Positions 48,576 to 61,726 of a stretch of DNA of 64,000 nt are shown piece after piece (positions within the stretch are counted from its first letter, which is position 1; each line of letters opens with the position of its first letter). The position numbers were made by a program, and so were the translations under genes. The notes beneath the pieces were generated by a model. It saw nothing but the letters and a program-made list of their open reading frames with translations. It searched no databases and had not been told where the DNA came from. Source of the DNA: Lama glama (lineage: Eukaryota); assembly GCA_028534125.1 (NCBI GenBank), contig CM052816.1, positions 37,760,001-37,824,000 of the forward strand. Direction: 5' to 3'.

Positions 48576-51500
48576 GTCTCACATGGAAATACCTCTGAGA
48601 AATTATACATTTGAAAGTTGACTTCCTCTAAAGAACTAATGAGATTTTCCTTGTCAGAATGTGATGATTAGTTATTTACTTATATAATCCTTCTTGCTCT
48701 GGCTTCTGGGGAGCCCAAAGGCAAATCTGAACACTCAACAGTTAAAAATGTTAGTAGGAGAGAGTAGGAGAGTAGCAAGTTCTGGTGCTCCAAATGGCCC
48801 CCATTTGAAGTTTTAAGTAAATGATCACATAGCAGACTGTGTTCTTTTGGGAGAGTTGATAAATCTTAAATTCACTCATCAAATGGAGAGAGCACTATAG
48901 CACATGTCTCGGGGATAAAGAGAAGTGGCGTCAAGACACAGGACACCACTAACCACCTGAAGCCGAGGATTTGCTGTAGGAGCTGACCTGATGAGCCACC
49001 TCTCTCCCCCACTACGTGCATCGGCCCTCATCACTAACACCTGCACCGGGGACTGTCAGCTTCACAAATGGCCTAGACGCCCTACCTCACCCCCAGCCCT
49101 CTGAGTGTTCATCAGGATACAAGAGGCTGCAGCTGGGGCACATCTGCCTGCATGCATGTAAGTCCTATTTTAAATGGATGTGAGAGAGGGAAAAGGACAA
49201 AGTGAGTCCTCACTTCTTCTGGGGCAACTTTTGCTCTAGAAAACTTCCATGAAGTGATCTAAGCTATGGAGAAGTATGCATAATAAAACAAAAGTGGGAT
49301 CCCTGTCAGAAACAATGAGAAATTTCGGACGAACCATCTCTGTCCATCACCACGCGCGTTGGCGCTCATCACTAGTGCACGCACAGGAGACTGGCATATT
49401 AATTTCACTAATCTTATCATTAGCAACTCACAGAGATCTATCCAGCATAAACATCTGCTTTGGTTTTGAAGTATGTCCATGTTAATTGGTTGATTTTTAA
49501 AAAGAAAGAGTACATATGAATTTAAAATACAGATTATCTTATTTTTACACTCTTCCGTGGGTCATGGCTACATGCACTTCATGTTGCATTTGCACATCCT
49601 TTGTGGAAAAACCTACATGCTTCAGTTTGTATTCAGCAATATCCACCACTGTAAATTGTTCGCAGGGAATGGCTATTTGGCATTTGTCATTTTGTACAGT
49701 TTATAATATAGTGATTTTTAACCCGACCCAAAGGACAGAATATTATATGGCCAAGAATGGAATTGGACTAACGTTTATCCTGAATGAGGAATTATATTTC
49801 ATTTCAAAAAGGAGCAAAAAATTTTTAAAAATAAGCAGCAGTCAAGGAAGTTCAAAGTTGGCAAAATCTGTTCTAGACTAGCTAGCTCAGGCATGACTTT
49901 TTGACTGTTCAAGTAACTGGTGAATCACATATGACAAGCCTAATCAAAATAATTTTAGCTCTGTAACTGGGATGCTAAGCAGATGGTAGAAATAAAGATG
50001 TGCTGAACTAGCCATAAATAACTGAGATGGGAAAAAGTACAAGGGCAAGTGCACGCTAGGTCCAGCAGTTTGTGTGGGCACGGAGTCTCCCGGTACGTTA
50101 GCACATGCCTGCAGCACTGCACCTTTGCAAATACGCATGGTGAGATGTATGACATTATCCTTGGAAGCTGAGCATTTTAGATGCTATAAAGATAATCCAT
50201 AAAATGTAGCTAAGGCTTATGACATAATAATCTATTGAGGAATGATATAAAAAGGAAGCATATAAATGAAATAGACAATTGGAAGGTGACATAAGGGTTC
50301 ATAGTCCCTGTGAGCGGTGAATTGATAGTAGTAATTTGATTATATCATTTCTCATCATAAAACCAATATTCATGTTCATTGTGAAATCTGTTTCTCTTCC
50401 TGTGCTGAGGCTTCCAACAGAATAGAATGTGACTGTGGTAAGGTTTAAAATGTTAAAGGGGAAAATCAGACTTTGTAATTCTCCTGTCAAACCACAGGAT
50501 AGTTAGGAACACATGGCACTGCGCTCACATTCCCAGAGCAGGTCCCGTGGTCTACACCACTACCCCTAACACTCAACCACGGACAGTGCTTCACGGGCCT
50601 GCTTCACAGAAATGGATGAAATACACCCCACGTGTACATAGAGAACAAGATATCAGGAAACTGGGGTGGAAATAAACAAACAGTGCAGGCAACCTGATTG
50701 CCTTCTATGTTCTTCTATTTCCTCAACATGTATCACAAACAGCAGTGATGCTGGCAGCGTGATCTAAACGTAGTACTGCCTTCAGTGTGGTGTGAAAGCA
50801 GCAGTGGGAAGACATGGGATTCCAGAGCGATAACATTCAAGGGCTTTTCCTCCTCTCTCAGAACACGTCCTGGATGAACACACAGTCTAGAAAGGGCAGC
50901 AACAAACAGCAGTGATAGATCAAACTTAAAGTGAACTATAGGAAGGGGCACCACCTCTTCTACGTGATGCTCACGAATACCACTACTGGGATCATCTCCA
51001 CATTTTCTCACTTTTACTTCCCTGAAACCTTTCTTATGCTTTCCCATGATCACATTATCAGTGTTTGCATCCCATAACTAAAACATCCCGAATCTATAAA
51101 AACTTTAGTTACCAAAGGAATACAAAATAAAATAAAATAAAATGCAGTGATACACAGTGGCATGAAATTAGCCCATAATCTGCTTGCCCAAAATGTCAGC
51201 TCTTAAATGACGTGAAGTGGTTTACTATCTGTTGATTTATGAATAGACTCCTGTTTTTGTAAATCATACATTTCTGTTCTTTTCTACTGTGCTATCTACC
51301 ATTTTTGCTGACTGTAGAATTTGAAAAAGTAATTCCTTCAAGTAACATTTAGTTGTTTTTTCACTATTTAAGAAATACTTGATAGTGGGCATACATGTTT
51401 AATTACTGGCAAGCTCATTAGTGAGTACTTTGGTGGAAGGTACGTTCCCTGCTCTGATTAAAAATAAGTAGAGAACATGTGAGGTTCAATTTGGGGAACT

Positions 51501-53256
51501 GAGCCAATGCTTAAATGTAATGAATGGGAACATTAGATTTGGCTAAACATATTTAAGAGTTGCTGCAGAAGTTTGGGAATAAAAGTTGCTTAAAAATTTG
51601 AAGTACCATGTGATATTTCATGAAACCATATCCACTTAGAAAATAAAATAATGATTCTTGAATAAAACAATGATGTCAGAGTAATTAAATAAAAATTAAA
51701 TTCATTTCAGAATTCTTACTTCTGAATAACTCTTAGATTTCTGATTTAGAACTTTTTTTAGCTGCCTTTTTATATATATATATACACAGCCTTCTTGGGT
51801 TTTGATGCTGCTTCTCTGGAAAATGTTCTTAATTTTAACTCGGTTGGGTATGTTCTCCTGACATACACTTCACTAATGGTGGGATTAATTATTATCCTTC
51901 TTAATATAGTTTAAAGAAAGCTTTTAGCACCTATTTCTCTTTCTAATGAGTGTAGCACCTGTGAAAACTGACTGGTTAATAAAGTGATTCTTAAGTGGGG
52001 TGGAGGGAGAAACAACGAAATAACTGGAAATGATAAGAGTTTCTAAAAGTAAAAAGAATGAAATGTAATTTGGCTTTCATGAAGGCTTAAAGAATGATAG
52101 CCTTTTACGAGGAATGATAAAATTAAACTTTAGAGGCAAGGAATGTAGAGGTCTATAGAGGAAGACATACTTGCTGTTAAGAATAAAAATGATACCCCTG
52201 CTTAAATCTCCTTTGGCACTAGAAAAATCTTGTGAAATTGAGTTTCATATTCCATTGACATGTCAGGATATCTTACTCACCCAGAAACAGTTTCACCTAA
52301 ATATATGACTTATTCTGCACCATCACAGGGCTTAATTTAACCAGAGCACTTCTACTTTCAAGGAGCATCATGCTTGTATCAGCTCTATCAGGGTTACAAG
52401 GCAAGTGGAGAACTGAGGCTATCAATTTTAAGGCTATAGATTTGAAAAGTCTAGTTTTTAAAAAGTGACTTAAAAAATCTTGTACAGGTTGTATTTATCA
52501 GTTTGGTGCCACAGAGTAATGAAGTTTATGACAGAATTATTTTAAATCTGAATTTATGACTAAACTGGCAGCTTCACTCGTCATTCAATTACAGAAAAAT
52601 CTCATGAGTTCACTGTTAGAAAAGACAGAAGTCATTTAAAAATGCATCTAAAGCTCTCTCTTTCATACAGTAAGGGTGAGTACCATATATGTTTTAACAG
52701 TGATAGGGAAAAAATGATATGTAAATAAATTTTGAAAAATACTGACAAGTAAAAGGTAAGCCACTAGTGAAAGACAACATTTTGCTTTGAAAACAAAGCT
52801 GCTGTCTTTTCCCCATATATTTTATTTTTTATTTTTTTAAAATTTTATTGAGTTATAGTCAGTTTAAATATTGTCTCAATTTCTAGTGTACAGTACAATT
52901 TTTCATACATGAATATACATATATTCATTTTAATATTATTTTTCATCATGAGCTACAAGATCTTGTATATATTTCCCTGTGCTATTCAGTATAAACTTGT
53001 TTATCTATTCTATATATACCTGTCAGTATCTACAAATCTCCAACTCCCAGCGTGTCCTTTCCCACCCATCGCCCCTCTGGAAATCACAAGTCTGTATTCT
53101 ATGTCTATCAGTCTGGTTCTGTTTTATATTTAAGTTTTGTGGTTTTTTTTCTACATTTCACATATGATATCATATCATAAGATATTTTGTGCTCTTTCTG
53201 GCTTACTTCACTTAGAATGACATTCTCCAGGAACATCCATGTTGCTGCAAATGGTG

Positions 53257-56200
53257 TTATATTGTCTTTTTCATGGTGGAATAGTATTCCATTGTATAAA
53301 TACACCACTTCTTCTTTATCCACTCATCTGTCAATGGACATTTAGGTTGTTTCCATGACTTCCCTATTGTAAATAGTGCTTCTATGAACATTGAGGTGCA
53401 TATGTCTTTTTGAATTAGGGTTCCCTCTGGATATGTGCCCAGCAGTGGCATTACTGGGTCATATGGTAAGTTCATTCCTAGTCTTTTGAGGAATCTCCAT
53501 GTTGTTTTCCACAGTGGCTGCACCAAACTACATTCCCACCAGCAGTGTAGGAGGGTTCCCTTTTCTCCACAGCCTCTCCAGCATTTATCATTTGTGGACG
53601 TTTGAATGATGGCCACTCTGACTGGTGTGAGCTGATACCTCATTGTAGTTTGGATTTCCATTTCTCTGATAATTAGTGATATTGAACGTTTTTTCATGTG
53701 CCTATTGGTCACTTGTAGGTCTTCACTGGAGAACTGCTTGTTTAAGTCTTCTGCCATTTCTGGATTGGTTTGTTTGTTTTCTTCTTATTAAGTCATATGA
53801 GCTGTTTATATATTCTGGAGATCAAGCCTTTGTCAGTTTCATCATTTGCAAATATTTTTTCCCATTCCACCGGCTGTCATTTTGTTTTGCTTGTGGTTTC
53901 CTTTGCTGTGCAGAAGCTTGTAAGTTTAATTAGGTTCCATTTGTTTATTTTTGCTTTTATTTCTATTTCTTGGGTAGATTCCCCTAGAAGAACATGGCTG
54001 AGATGTATGTGAGATAATGTTTTGCCTATATTTTCTTCTAGGAGATTTATTGTATCTTGTCCTATATTTAAGTCTTTGATCCACTTTGAGTTTATTTTTG
54101 TGTATGGTGTGAAGGAGTGTTCTACTTTCATTGATTTGCATGCTGCTGTCCAGTTTTCCCAACACCATTTGCTAAAGAGATTGTCTTTATTCCATGGTAT
54201 GTTCTTGCCTCCTTTATCAAAGATTAATTGACCAGAAGTTTGTGGGTTTATTTCTGGGCTCTCTATTCTGTTTCATTGAGCCACATGTCTGTTTTTGTAC
54301 CAATACCAAGCTATTTTGATGACTGTAGCTCTGTAGTATTGTCTGAAGTCTGGGAGGGTTATTCCTTCAGCCTCTTTCATTCTCTTCAGTAATGCTTTGG
54401 CAATTCTAGGTCTTTTGTGATTCCATATAAATTTTATTATGATTTGTTCTAGTTCTGTGATATATGTCCTTGGTAATTTGATAGGGACTGCATTAAATCT
54501 GTAGATTGCCTTGGGCAGTATGAGAATTTTAACAATATTGATTCTTCCAATACAGGAGCATGGGATATCTTTTCATTTTTTTAAGTCTTCTTTAATTTCC
54601 TTAATCAATGTTTTATAGTTCACCATGTATAACTCTTTCACCTCCTTGGTTAGGTTTATTCCTAGGTATTTTATTACTTTGGGTGTTATTTTAAAAGGGA
54701 TTGTTTCTTTACTTTCTTTTCCCATTGATTCATCATTAATGTAAAGAAATGCAACTTATTTTTGTACACTAATCTTGTATCCTGCTACCTTGCTGAATTA
54801 TTTGATTAGTTCTAGTAGTTTCTATGTGAAATGTTTAGTGTTTTCTATATATAGTATCATATCATCTGCATATAGTGACAACTTTACCTCTTCTTTTCCA
54901 ATTTGGATCCCTTTTCTTTCTTTCTCTTGCCTGACTGCTGTGCCTAGGACTTCCAAGATGATGTTGAATACGAGTGGTGAGAGTGGATAACCTTGTCTTG
55001 TTCCAAATTTTAGTGAGAAGCTTTTGAGTTTTTCACCGTTGAGTACTATGCTGGCTGTAAGTTTGTCATAAATAGCTTTTATTATGTTGAGATACGTTCC
55101 CTCTACCTACTTTGGTGAGAGTTTATCATAAATAGGTGTTCAATTTTATCAAATGCTTTTTCTGCATCTATTGAGATTATCATGTGGTTTTTGTCCTTTC
55201 TCTTGTTGTGACATATTACACTGATTGATTTGCGTATGTTGAACCACCCTTGTGTCCCTGAGGTGAACCTAACTTGATCATGGAGTATAATCTCTTATGT
55301 GCTGTTGGATTCTGTTTGCTAATATTTTGTTGAGGATTTTTGCATCTATTTCCATCAGTGATTTTGGTCTGTAATTTTCTTTTTTGGTAGTGTCTTTGTC
55401 TAGTTTGGGTATCAGGGTGATGGCGGTTTCCTAGAATGAGTTTGGGAGTATTCCCCCCTTTTCACTCTTCTGGAAGACTTTGAGAAGGACTGGTATGAGT
55501 TCTTCTTTGCATGTTTGGAAGAATTCCCCAGTGAAGCCATCCGGTGCTAAACTTTTATTTGTAGGGAGTTTTTTAATTGCTAATTTGATTTCATTTCTAG
55601 TGATTGTTTTTTTTCAAGTGGTCAGTTTCTTCTTGATTCAGTCTTGGTGGATTGTATATTTCCAGAAACGTCCATTTCTTCCAGGAAATCCATTTTGTTT
55701 CCATATAGTTGTTCACAGTATTCTCATATGATATTTTGTATTTCTGTCATATTGGTTGTAATTTCTCTATTTTCCTTTCTTATTTTGCTTATGTGTGCTC
55801 TCTCATATCTCTTCTTCATGAGCTTGGCCACAGGTTTGTCAATTTTGTTTACTCTTTCAAAAAACCAGCTCTTGGTTTGATTGATTTTTTCTATTTTTTT
55901 AATCTCTATTTTATTTATTTCCTCCCTGATCTTTATTATTTCCTTCCTTCTGCTGACTTTTTGGTTTTTTTGCTCTTCTTTTTCTAATTCTTTTAGCTGG
56001 TAGGTTACATTGTTTACTTGAGATTATTCTTCTTTTTTGAGGAAGGCCTGTATTGCTATAAACTTCCCTCTTAGCACTGCCTTCGCTGCGTCCCTTAAAT
56101 TTTGTGTGGTTGTGTTTTCATTTTCATTTGTCTCAAGGTATTTTTAAATTTTTACTTTGATTTCATCATTGACCCATTGGGTTTTTAATAGCATGTTTAA

Positions 56201-56947
56201 TCTCCACGCTTTCCTTTTTTTCTCCTTTGTTTCTCTGTTGTTGATTTCTAGTTTCATGGCATTGTGGTCAGTAAAGATGCTTGAGATAATTTCTATCTTC
56301 TTAAAATTGTTGAGGCTTCTTTTGTGCCCAAGTACAAGATCACTCCTAGAAAATGTTCCATGTGCACTTGAAAAGAATGTGTATCCTATTTTGGGGGGTT
56401 GTAATGCTCTGAAAATATCCACCAAATCTAATTTTTCTATTGTATCATGTAATTTCTCTGTTGCTTTATTTATTTTCTGTCTGGAAGATGTGTCCAGTGA
56501 TGTTAACGGGGTGTTAAAAGTCTCCAACAATGTTTGTATTCCTACCAATTTCTCCCTTTATATCTGTTAGTATTTGCTTTATGTATTTAGGTGCTTCTAT
56601 ATTGGGTACACATATGTTAATGAGTGTAATATCTTTATCTTGTATTACTCCTTTAATCATTATAAAATATCCTTCTTTATCTTTCTCTATGGCCTTTGTT
56701 TTAAAGTCCATTTTGTCTGAAATCAGTATTGCTACTCCTGCTTTCTTGTCTTTTCCATTTACATGGAATATTTTTTTCCATTCTCTCACAATCTGTGTGT
56801 GTCCTTCTTCCTAAACTGGGTCTCTTGTATGCAGCATATTGAAGGTTCTTGTTTTATTATCCAGTCTGCCACTCTATATCTTTTGATTGGAACATTTAGT
56901 CCATTGACATTTATAGTAATTAATGATAGATGTGTGTTTATTGCCAT
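53257..56947 (-). pseudogene. L1 ORF2 (endonuclease/reverse transcriptase), disrupted
   Basis: Starts MAINTHLSLITINVNGLN at 56947. Contains [41 protein letters not shown] (54861-54872) and [20 protein letters not shown], spread over several frames. Confidence 0.93.
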
Positions 56948-57352
56948 TTTGAACTGAATTTTGCAGTTGATTTGGTATTTCCTCTTTGTTCCTTTCTTTT
57001 TCCTTTTGAGGTTTGATAATTTTTCTTTATATTATCTTGGATTTTATTTTAGTTTTTTTTTTGGACTCTATTTTAAGTTTTTGGCTTGTGGTTACCCTTT
57101 TTTGTACATATATTTAACCTATTACTATAACTGTTTGTTTTAAACAGATAGTAATATAAAATCAAACCCATCCTACTGAGAACAAAAACTTTAAAAAAGA
57201 AAAAAAGTATATTTTCTTCCTCCCCTCTCCCACTTTAATGATTTAGATATTTTCTTTTACAATTTTGTGTTTATTTTATTTGTAATTCATGGTAGTTATC
57301 ACCTTTCCAGTTATGGTTTTCTCATTTCTGTAACATCCTGCTTCTTTTCTAT

Positions 57353-58257
57353 TTAAAGTAGACCTTTCAATATTTCTTTTAGCATCGGTTTAGTGTTGCT
57401 AAATTCTTTTAGTTTTTACTTCTCTGTGAGGTTCTTTATCTCTCCTTCTCCTAAAGGATAGCCTTGCTGGATAAAGGATCCTAGGTTGTATCAGAACTTT
57501 GATTATTCAGAACTTATTATTCAGAACTTTGAATAAATCTTGCCACTTCCTTCTGGCCTGTAGTGTTTGTGTAGAAAAATCACCTGAGAGCCTTATGGGG
57601 GTTCCCTTTTAACTCAATCTTTGTTTTTCTTTTGCTGCCTTTAGGATAATTTCTTTATCCTTAACCCTGGCCATCCTGATTATAATATGTCTTGGTGCAG
57701 GTCTGTTTGGGTTCTTCCTGTTTGGGACCCTCTGTGTTTTCTGTACCTGGATATCTGATTCCTTCTTTTAGGTTTGGGAAGTTTTCAGTCATGATTCCTT
57801 CAAATACCTTTTCAATTCCCTTAGCTCTTCTCCTTCTGGGACCCCTATTATGCATAGGTTGGCACGCTTTATACTACCCCATAGGTCCCTTATATTATTT
57901 TCACTGATTTTTATTTGTTTTTCTCTCAGCTATTCTGATTGGGTGATTTCTGTTGTCCTGTCTTATAAGTCACGTATTCGTTCCTCTGCATTATCTAGCC
58001 TACTTTGTACAGCCTTTAGCTCACCTCTCATCTCAGCAAATGAGTTTTCCAATTTTAATTGGCTCCTCTTTACAGTTTGTTTGTTTGTTGACATAGTCTC
58101 TGTCTCTAAACACAATCTCTTTTAGTTCCTTCAGTACTTTGATCACTCCTTTTTTGAAATCATGATCTAGTAGGCTATCAATGCCTATTTCATTGATTAT
58201 TCTTTCAGGGGATTTCTCTTGTTCTTTTAATTTGGAGTGGTTCCTCTGCTTCTTCAT
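57353..58257 (-). pseudogene. L1 ORF1 (RNA-binding), disrupted
   Basis: MKKQRNHSKLKEQEKSPE start at 58257, IEKVFEGIMTENFPNL, and EILKGLL-TAA at 57353-57355. The 905-bp span implies frameshift(s). Confidence 0.88.
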
Positions 58258-60042
58258 TTTGCTTATATCTCTCTGGCACTATGGCTATGGAGTATCAGTT
58301 ATCTACTGTGGTCCTTAAGGAGTTTACTTATTTATTTATCTAAAGCAGATGTGGAAATAAAGCTGAAAGACAAGAAACTTAAAAGAAGAAAAAAAGGTTT
58401 GAAAACAGTATAATCAATAACAGAAGAACAAATTGAAGCCAAATAAAAATCAAGTTGAAATTTATTTTAAAAACCTTAAAAGAGGGAATAAACATATTTG
58501 AAAACTAAGTATAATCAATAACAGAAGAACAGAAAAAAGAGAAGTAAAAATGAAATTGAGGCAAAATTTTAAAATAATAAAAATAAAATTTTAAAAGAGA
58601 TTAAAAATAGACACATAAAAATTTTTTTAAAAAAGGAAAAGATTTAAAAAGTAAAAGAAAATAGAACACAGAAAACAGTAAGTGGATATGTTCCCAAGGA
58701 GCCTGTGTACTGTTAATGATTTTGTCGACAGGTCCTTCTTAAGTATGGATGGTTGGCAAGTCTTACTTCTGTACCTTTTGCCTGTTATACCTTTGATTAG
58801 GGGTGTGGCTGTTGACCTGATAGAGCCTGTCCTTGTTACTCTTTGTTTTGTGGTTGTTGCTGCTCCTGCCCTCATGTGTAAACTCAGCTTGCTGGTTCCA
58901 GAGGCCCTCTGGTCACACCCCTGGTCTATGCTGCTCCCAGTGCCACTCAGTGGGCAGGTCACACCCCCTCCCGACACCATGGTCAGGTGCTGCACGCCAG
59001 ACGGTAGGCAGGTGGGTTGTGCCTTCCCCTGATGCTACTGTATGGTGGGGAAGCTGTGGTCCAGTGCCACACTAGTGCATGGCCGCAGGCAGGTGGCTTC
59101 CCTGCTCTGTGCAGCAACCTGCTCTGCCTTGGGTCTGTGCTCTGTAGGTGGGCTCAGAGAAAATGGCAGAACAGCACTCGCCCAGGCTCTGTGCCAGAAC
59201 TCCACTCCTTGTTCATTTGTCTTAGACGCAAGAGTTCACAGAGGCACCAGGGCAGAACAGTCCCTTCTGCCTGGGGCTGTAAACAAGTCTCAGTGCCATC
59301 TATGAGGTTGCTAAGCCCCTAGGTACGGATTCAGGTTTTGACCCCGCACCTGCCTGGGTGCTAAGCACAGAAGGATATGGTGTCTATGGCTGAGCACCAC
59401 CTTTCTTCTCCCAAGAACGCACCAGTAATGGTTCTGTGGGTCTTCTGAGACGAAGGCTATGACACCCCTCCCCCCAGGGCACATCAGCAGTGTTTCTTCT
59501 TTATTTTTATTTTTTTGTATTTTATGGAGGGCCTAGGTTGTTCTGTTCTGTGTACCCTCCCAGCCACGGTGCACAGTCCCCGGAGGTTACCTCTGTACAG
59601 CTGTCCGCAATCCTCTGCCCAATTTGGGCAGCCTGTCCCATCCCCCACCTGCCGCTTTGCCTCTAGTGCTGCGGGGTCACGGAGACCCTCTGTGCCCTTT
59701 TATCTTAGTTCTGTTGGTCAAGGGCTGTTCTGCATAAATCTGAGCATAGGAGGCTCCCTCTCCGTCCCGCTGGCCTCTCCATTGGGGAGGAGGAGTCCCA
59801 GCAATCGAACACTAGTCCTCCTTTGCCGCTCCCTCCCCACAGGACCAGTCCTGCATTATTTTGCTTTTTCTTCCTTCTTTTTTTCCTTTTCTCCTACCAG
59901 ATTTGTGGCATATTTTGTCTTCTGAAGAAGGCAATGTTTTGTCAGAGTTCAGCAGCTAGGTGATGATTGGCTGTGTGGGGCCGTGAATGTCAGTCTCAGT
60001 GTATTTGTGTGAGAGGGTAAGCTACGAGGGTCCTTCTACTCT

Positions 60043-60052
60043 GCCATCTTGG
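60043..60052 (-). promoter_or_regulatory. YY1 motif at the L1 5' end (CCAAGATGGC)
   Basis: GCCATCTTGG lies ~10 nt inside the L1 start, the known position of the L1 internal-promoter YY1 site. Related motifs sit at 29551, 34143 and 28521. Confidence 0.75.
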
Positions 60053-61726
60053 CCACTCCTATAGCTGGTTTCTCTTTATGAAACTCTCACATGCAATTAA
60101 AGGTAAGATCCAGATCACCAATACTAAATCACAGCAACTCTCAGAAGGCGTAGCACAAATAGGGTTTGTGCTCTCAAATTCTTTACTACTGGAGTAAATG
60201 TAAATCCTTTGTCAAAACCAAGACCTGTTAGCTACCCACCATGTTGCAAATAACTGCAACAGAGCTCTTTGTAGACTCTGAAGTGTGAACTGGATTTAAA
60301 AGCACTTTCCATTATTCAAAGGTGAGATTTATGATAATCAAGATATACACTCTTGGATTAGTCCAACTCTATCAGGATAGAATCTTGACCAAGAGTTTTG
60401 GTCACTTTTCACGAACAACTAGGAGATTTTGGTGATTATACCCATACTAAAAAGTACGTAATTAAAAAAAAAAAGATTTGATTATGAGCTAAATCCTCTA
60501 TTTATTTCTTCCTCATTCTGTATGCCAATTGAGAATCTGTTTCCCATCTTCACTCTGGGGCCTAGTCTAATAAAGTCATTTTCATCCAGAATGCTGCCAA
60601 TCACTGTGTCACAGGACAGAGATATTGTAAACCAGGATCTGGTATTTAATAATATTCTGCTTGGAACTGGCACACACAAAACCAAGTCTAATGTCCATGA
60701 CTGATTTCAGCAGGGTGGGGATATGTAATCTTTCCACAGTACTAGAGAAAAGGCACCCAGAATATTTAACGCATAATATTCACATTTACCTTAGGGGTAA
60801 ACAGTTGAAAAGTAAATATCATAATGTCATGTTACATTCTGTAGCCAATGTTTTATCCAACAATCCTGAACAAATATCAGTGGTGAAAATAGAAATCTAC
60901 ATTAATTTTAAAGTGACAGTGCTGGTATTGAAGACAAAACATATGCTTGACTTTGTGATTCATGTCATGCATCATCTTGGCAAATCCATTGAGTATCGCT
61001 TAAAATATATATTACGAAATACTGCAGTAATAGTTATCTTTGTAAAGGTGGAAAAGTACTCTGTATAAATGTACTAGCAACAGGAAGCTCTGAAAATATT
61101 GTTTTGACATTGACAAAAATAAATAAATTATAGATCAGTGTGCCTTATCTTCAGTGAGGCAAATCCAGAAACACTGATGTGACACTTAAGTTTGTAACAT
61201 TTGCAGTTTTTCTTTTACCCAAAAATTCCTATATCCTATGTGGATCTATCTAAAGTCATTTGATCATCCAAATATTACATGAACATGATTCTCTGAAGTT
61301 TGCATCATACTTGAAAGTTGTAGATTTAAGAAAAAAAAGAAGAAATAACAAAGAATTATAGACTGAATATTTTCTATGTAAAAAAACTTTAATGTGATGG
61401 CATGTTACTAGCCTAATCTTCAGTGAGAAAAAAGTAAATCACATTCTCTGAGTAAGCACAGAGCTTTTGTAAATGGACAGCACTTCTGTGCACCCCCTCC
61501 TCTTAATGCTACTGCCATGTCTTTTCAGGTAATAAAGAATATAACATTCTCCCCCTGCCTGAACATGACTCTTTACCAGATTAGTTTCTGATACTATCTT
61601 TGATTTTTTCCCCCAGGTCTTTATCTTAGATTAGATAGTTTACTCTCAATTAGATATCCTCATTTTCTGCTTCTAGCTCTCATCTGAACTTTCCATCTAA
61701 AAAGAAAAAAAAATATGTTCATGAAC

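Larger units (their letters stand above)
52811..60060 (-). mobile_element. Full-length (~7.25 kb) decayed LINE-1
   Basis: Colinear 5'UTR (60060-58260), ORF1, inter-ORF, ORF2 (EN, RT, Cys-rich), 3'UTR, AATAAA (~52844-52849) and T-tract. Degenerate TSD AGCTGCTGTCTTTT (52797-52810) / AGCTGGTTTCTCTT (60063-60076). Confidence 0.96.

Noticed and set aside
52811..60060. Potentially active L1
   Set aside because: ORF1 and ORF2 are split over many frames, and the TSD and tail are degenerate.
60482..61068. ORFs of 60-135 aa next to the L1 5' end
   Set aside because: No recognisable domain and no convincing splice signals; lengths are compatible with chance.
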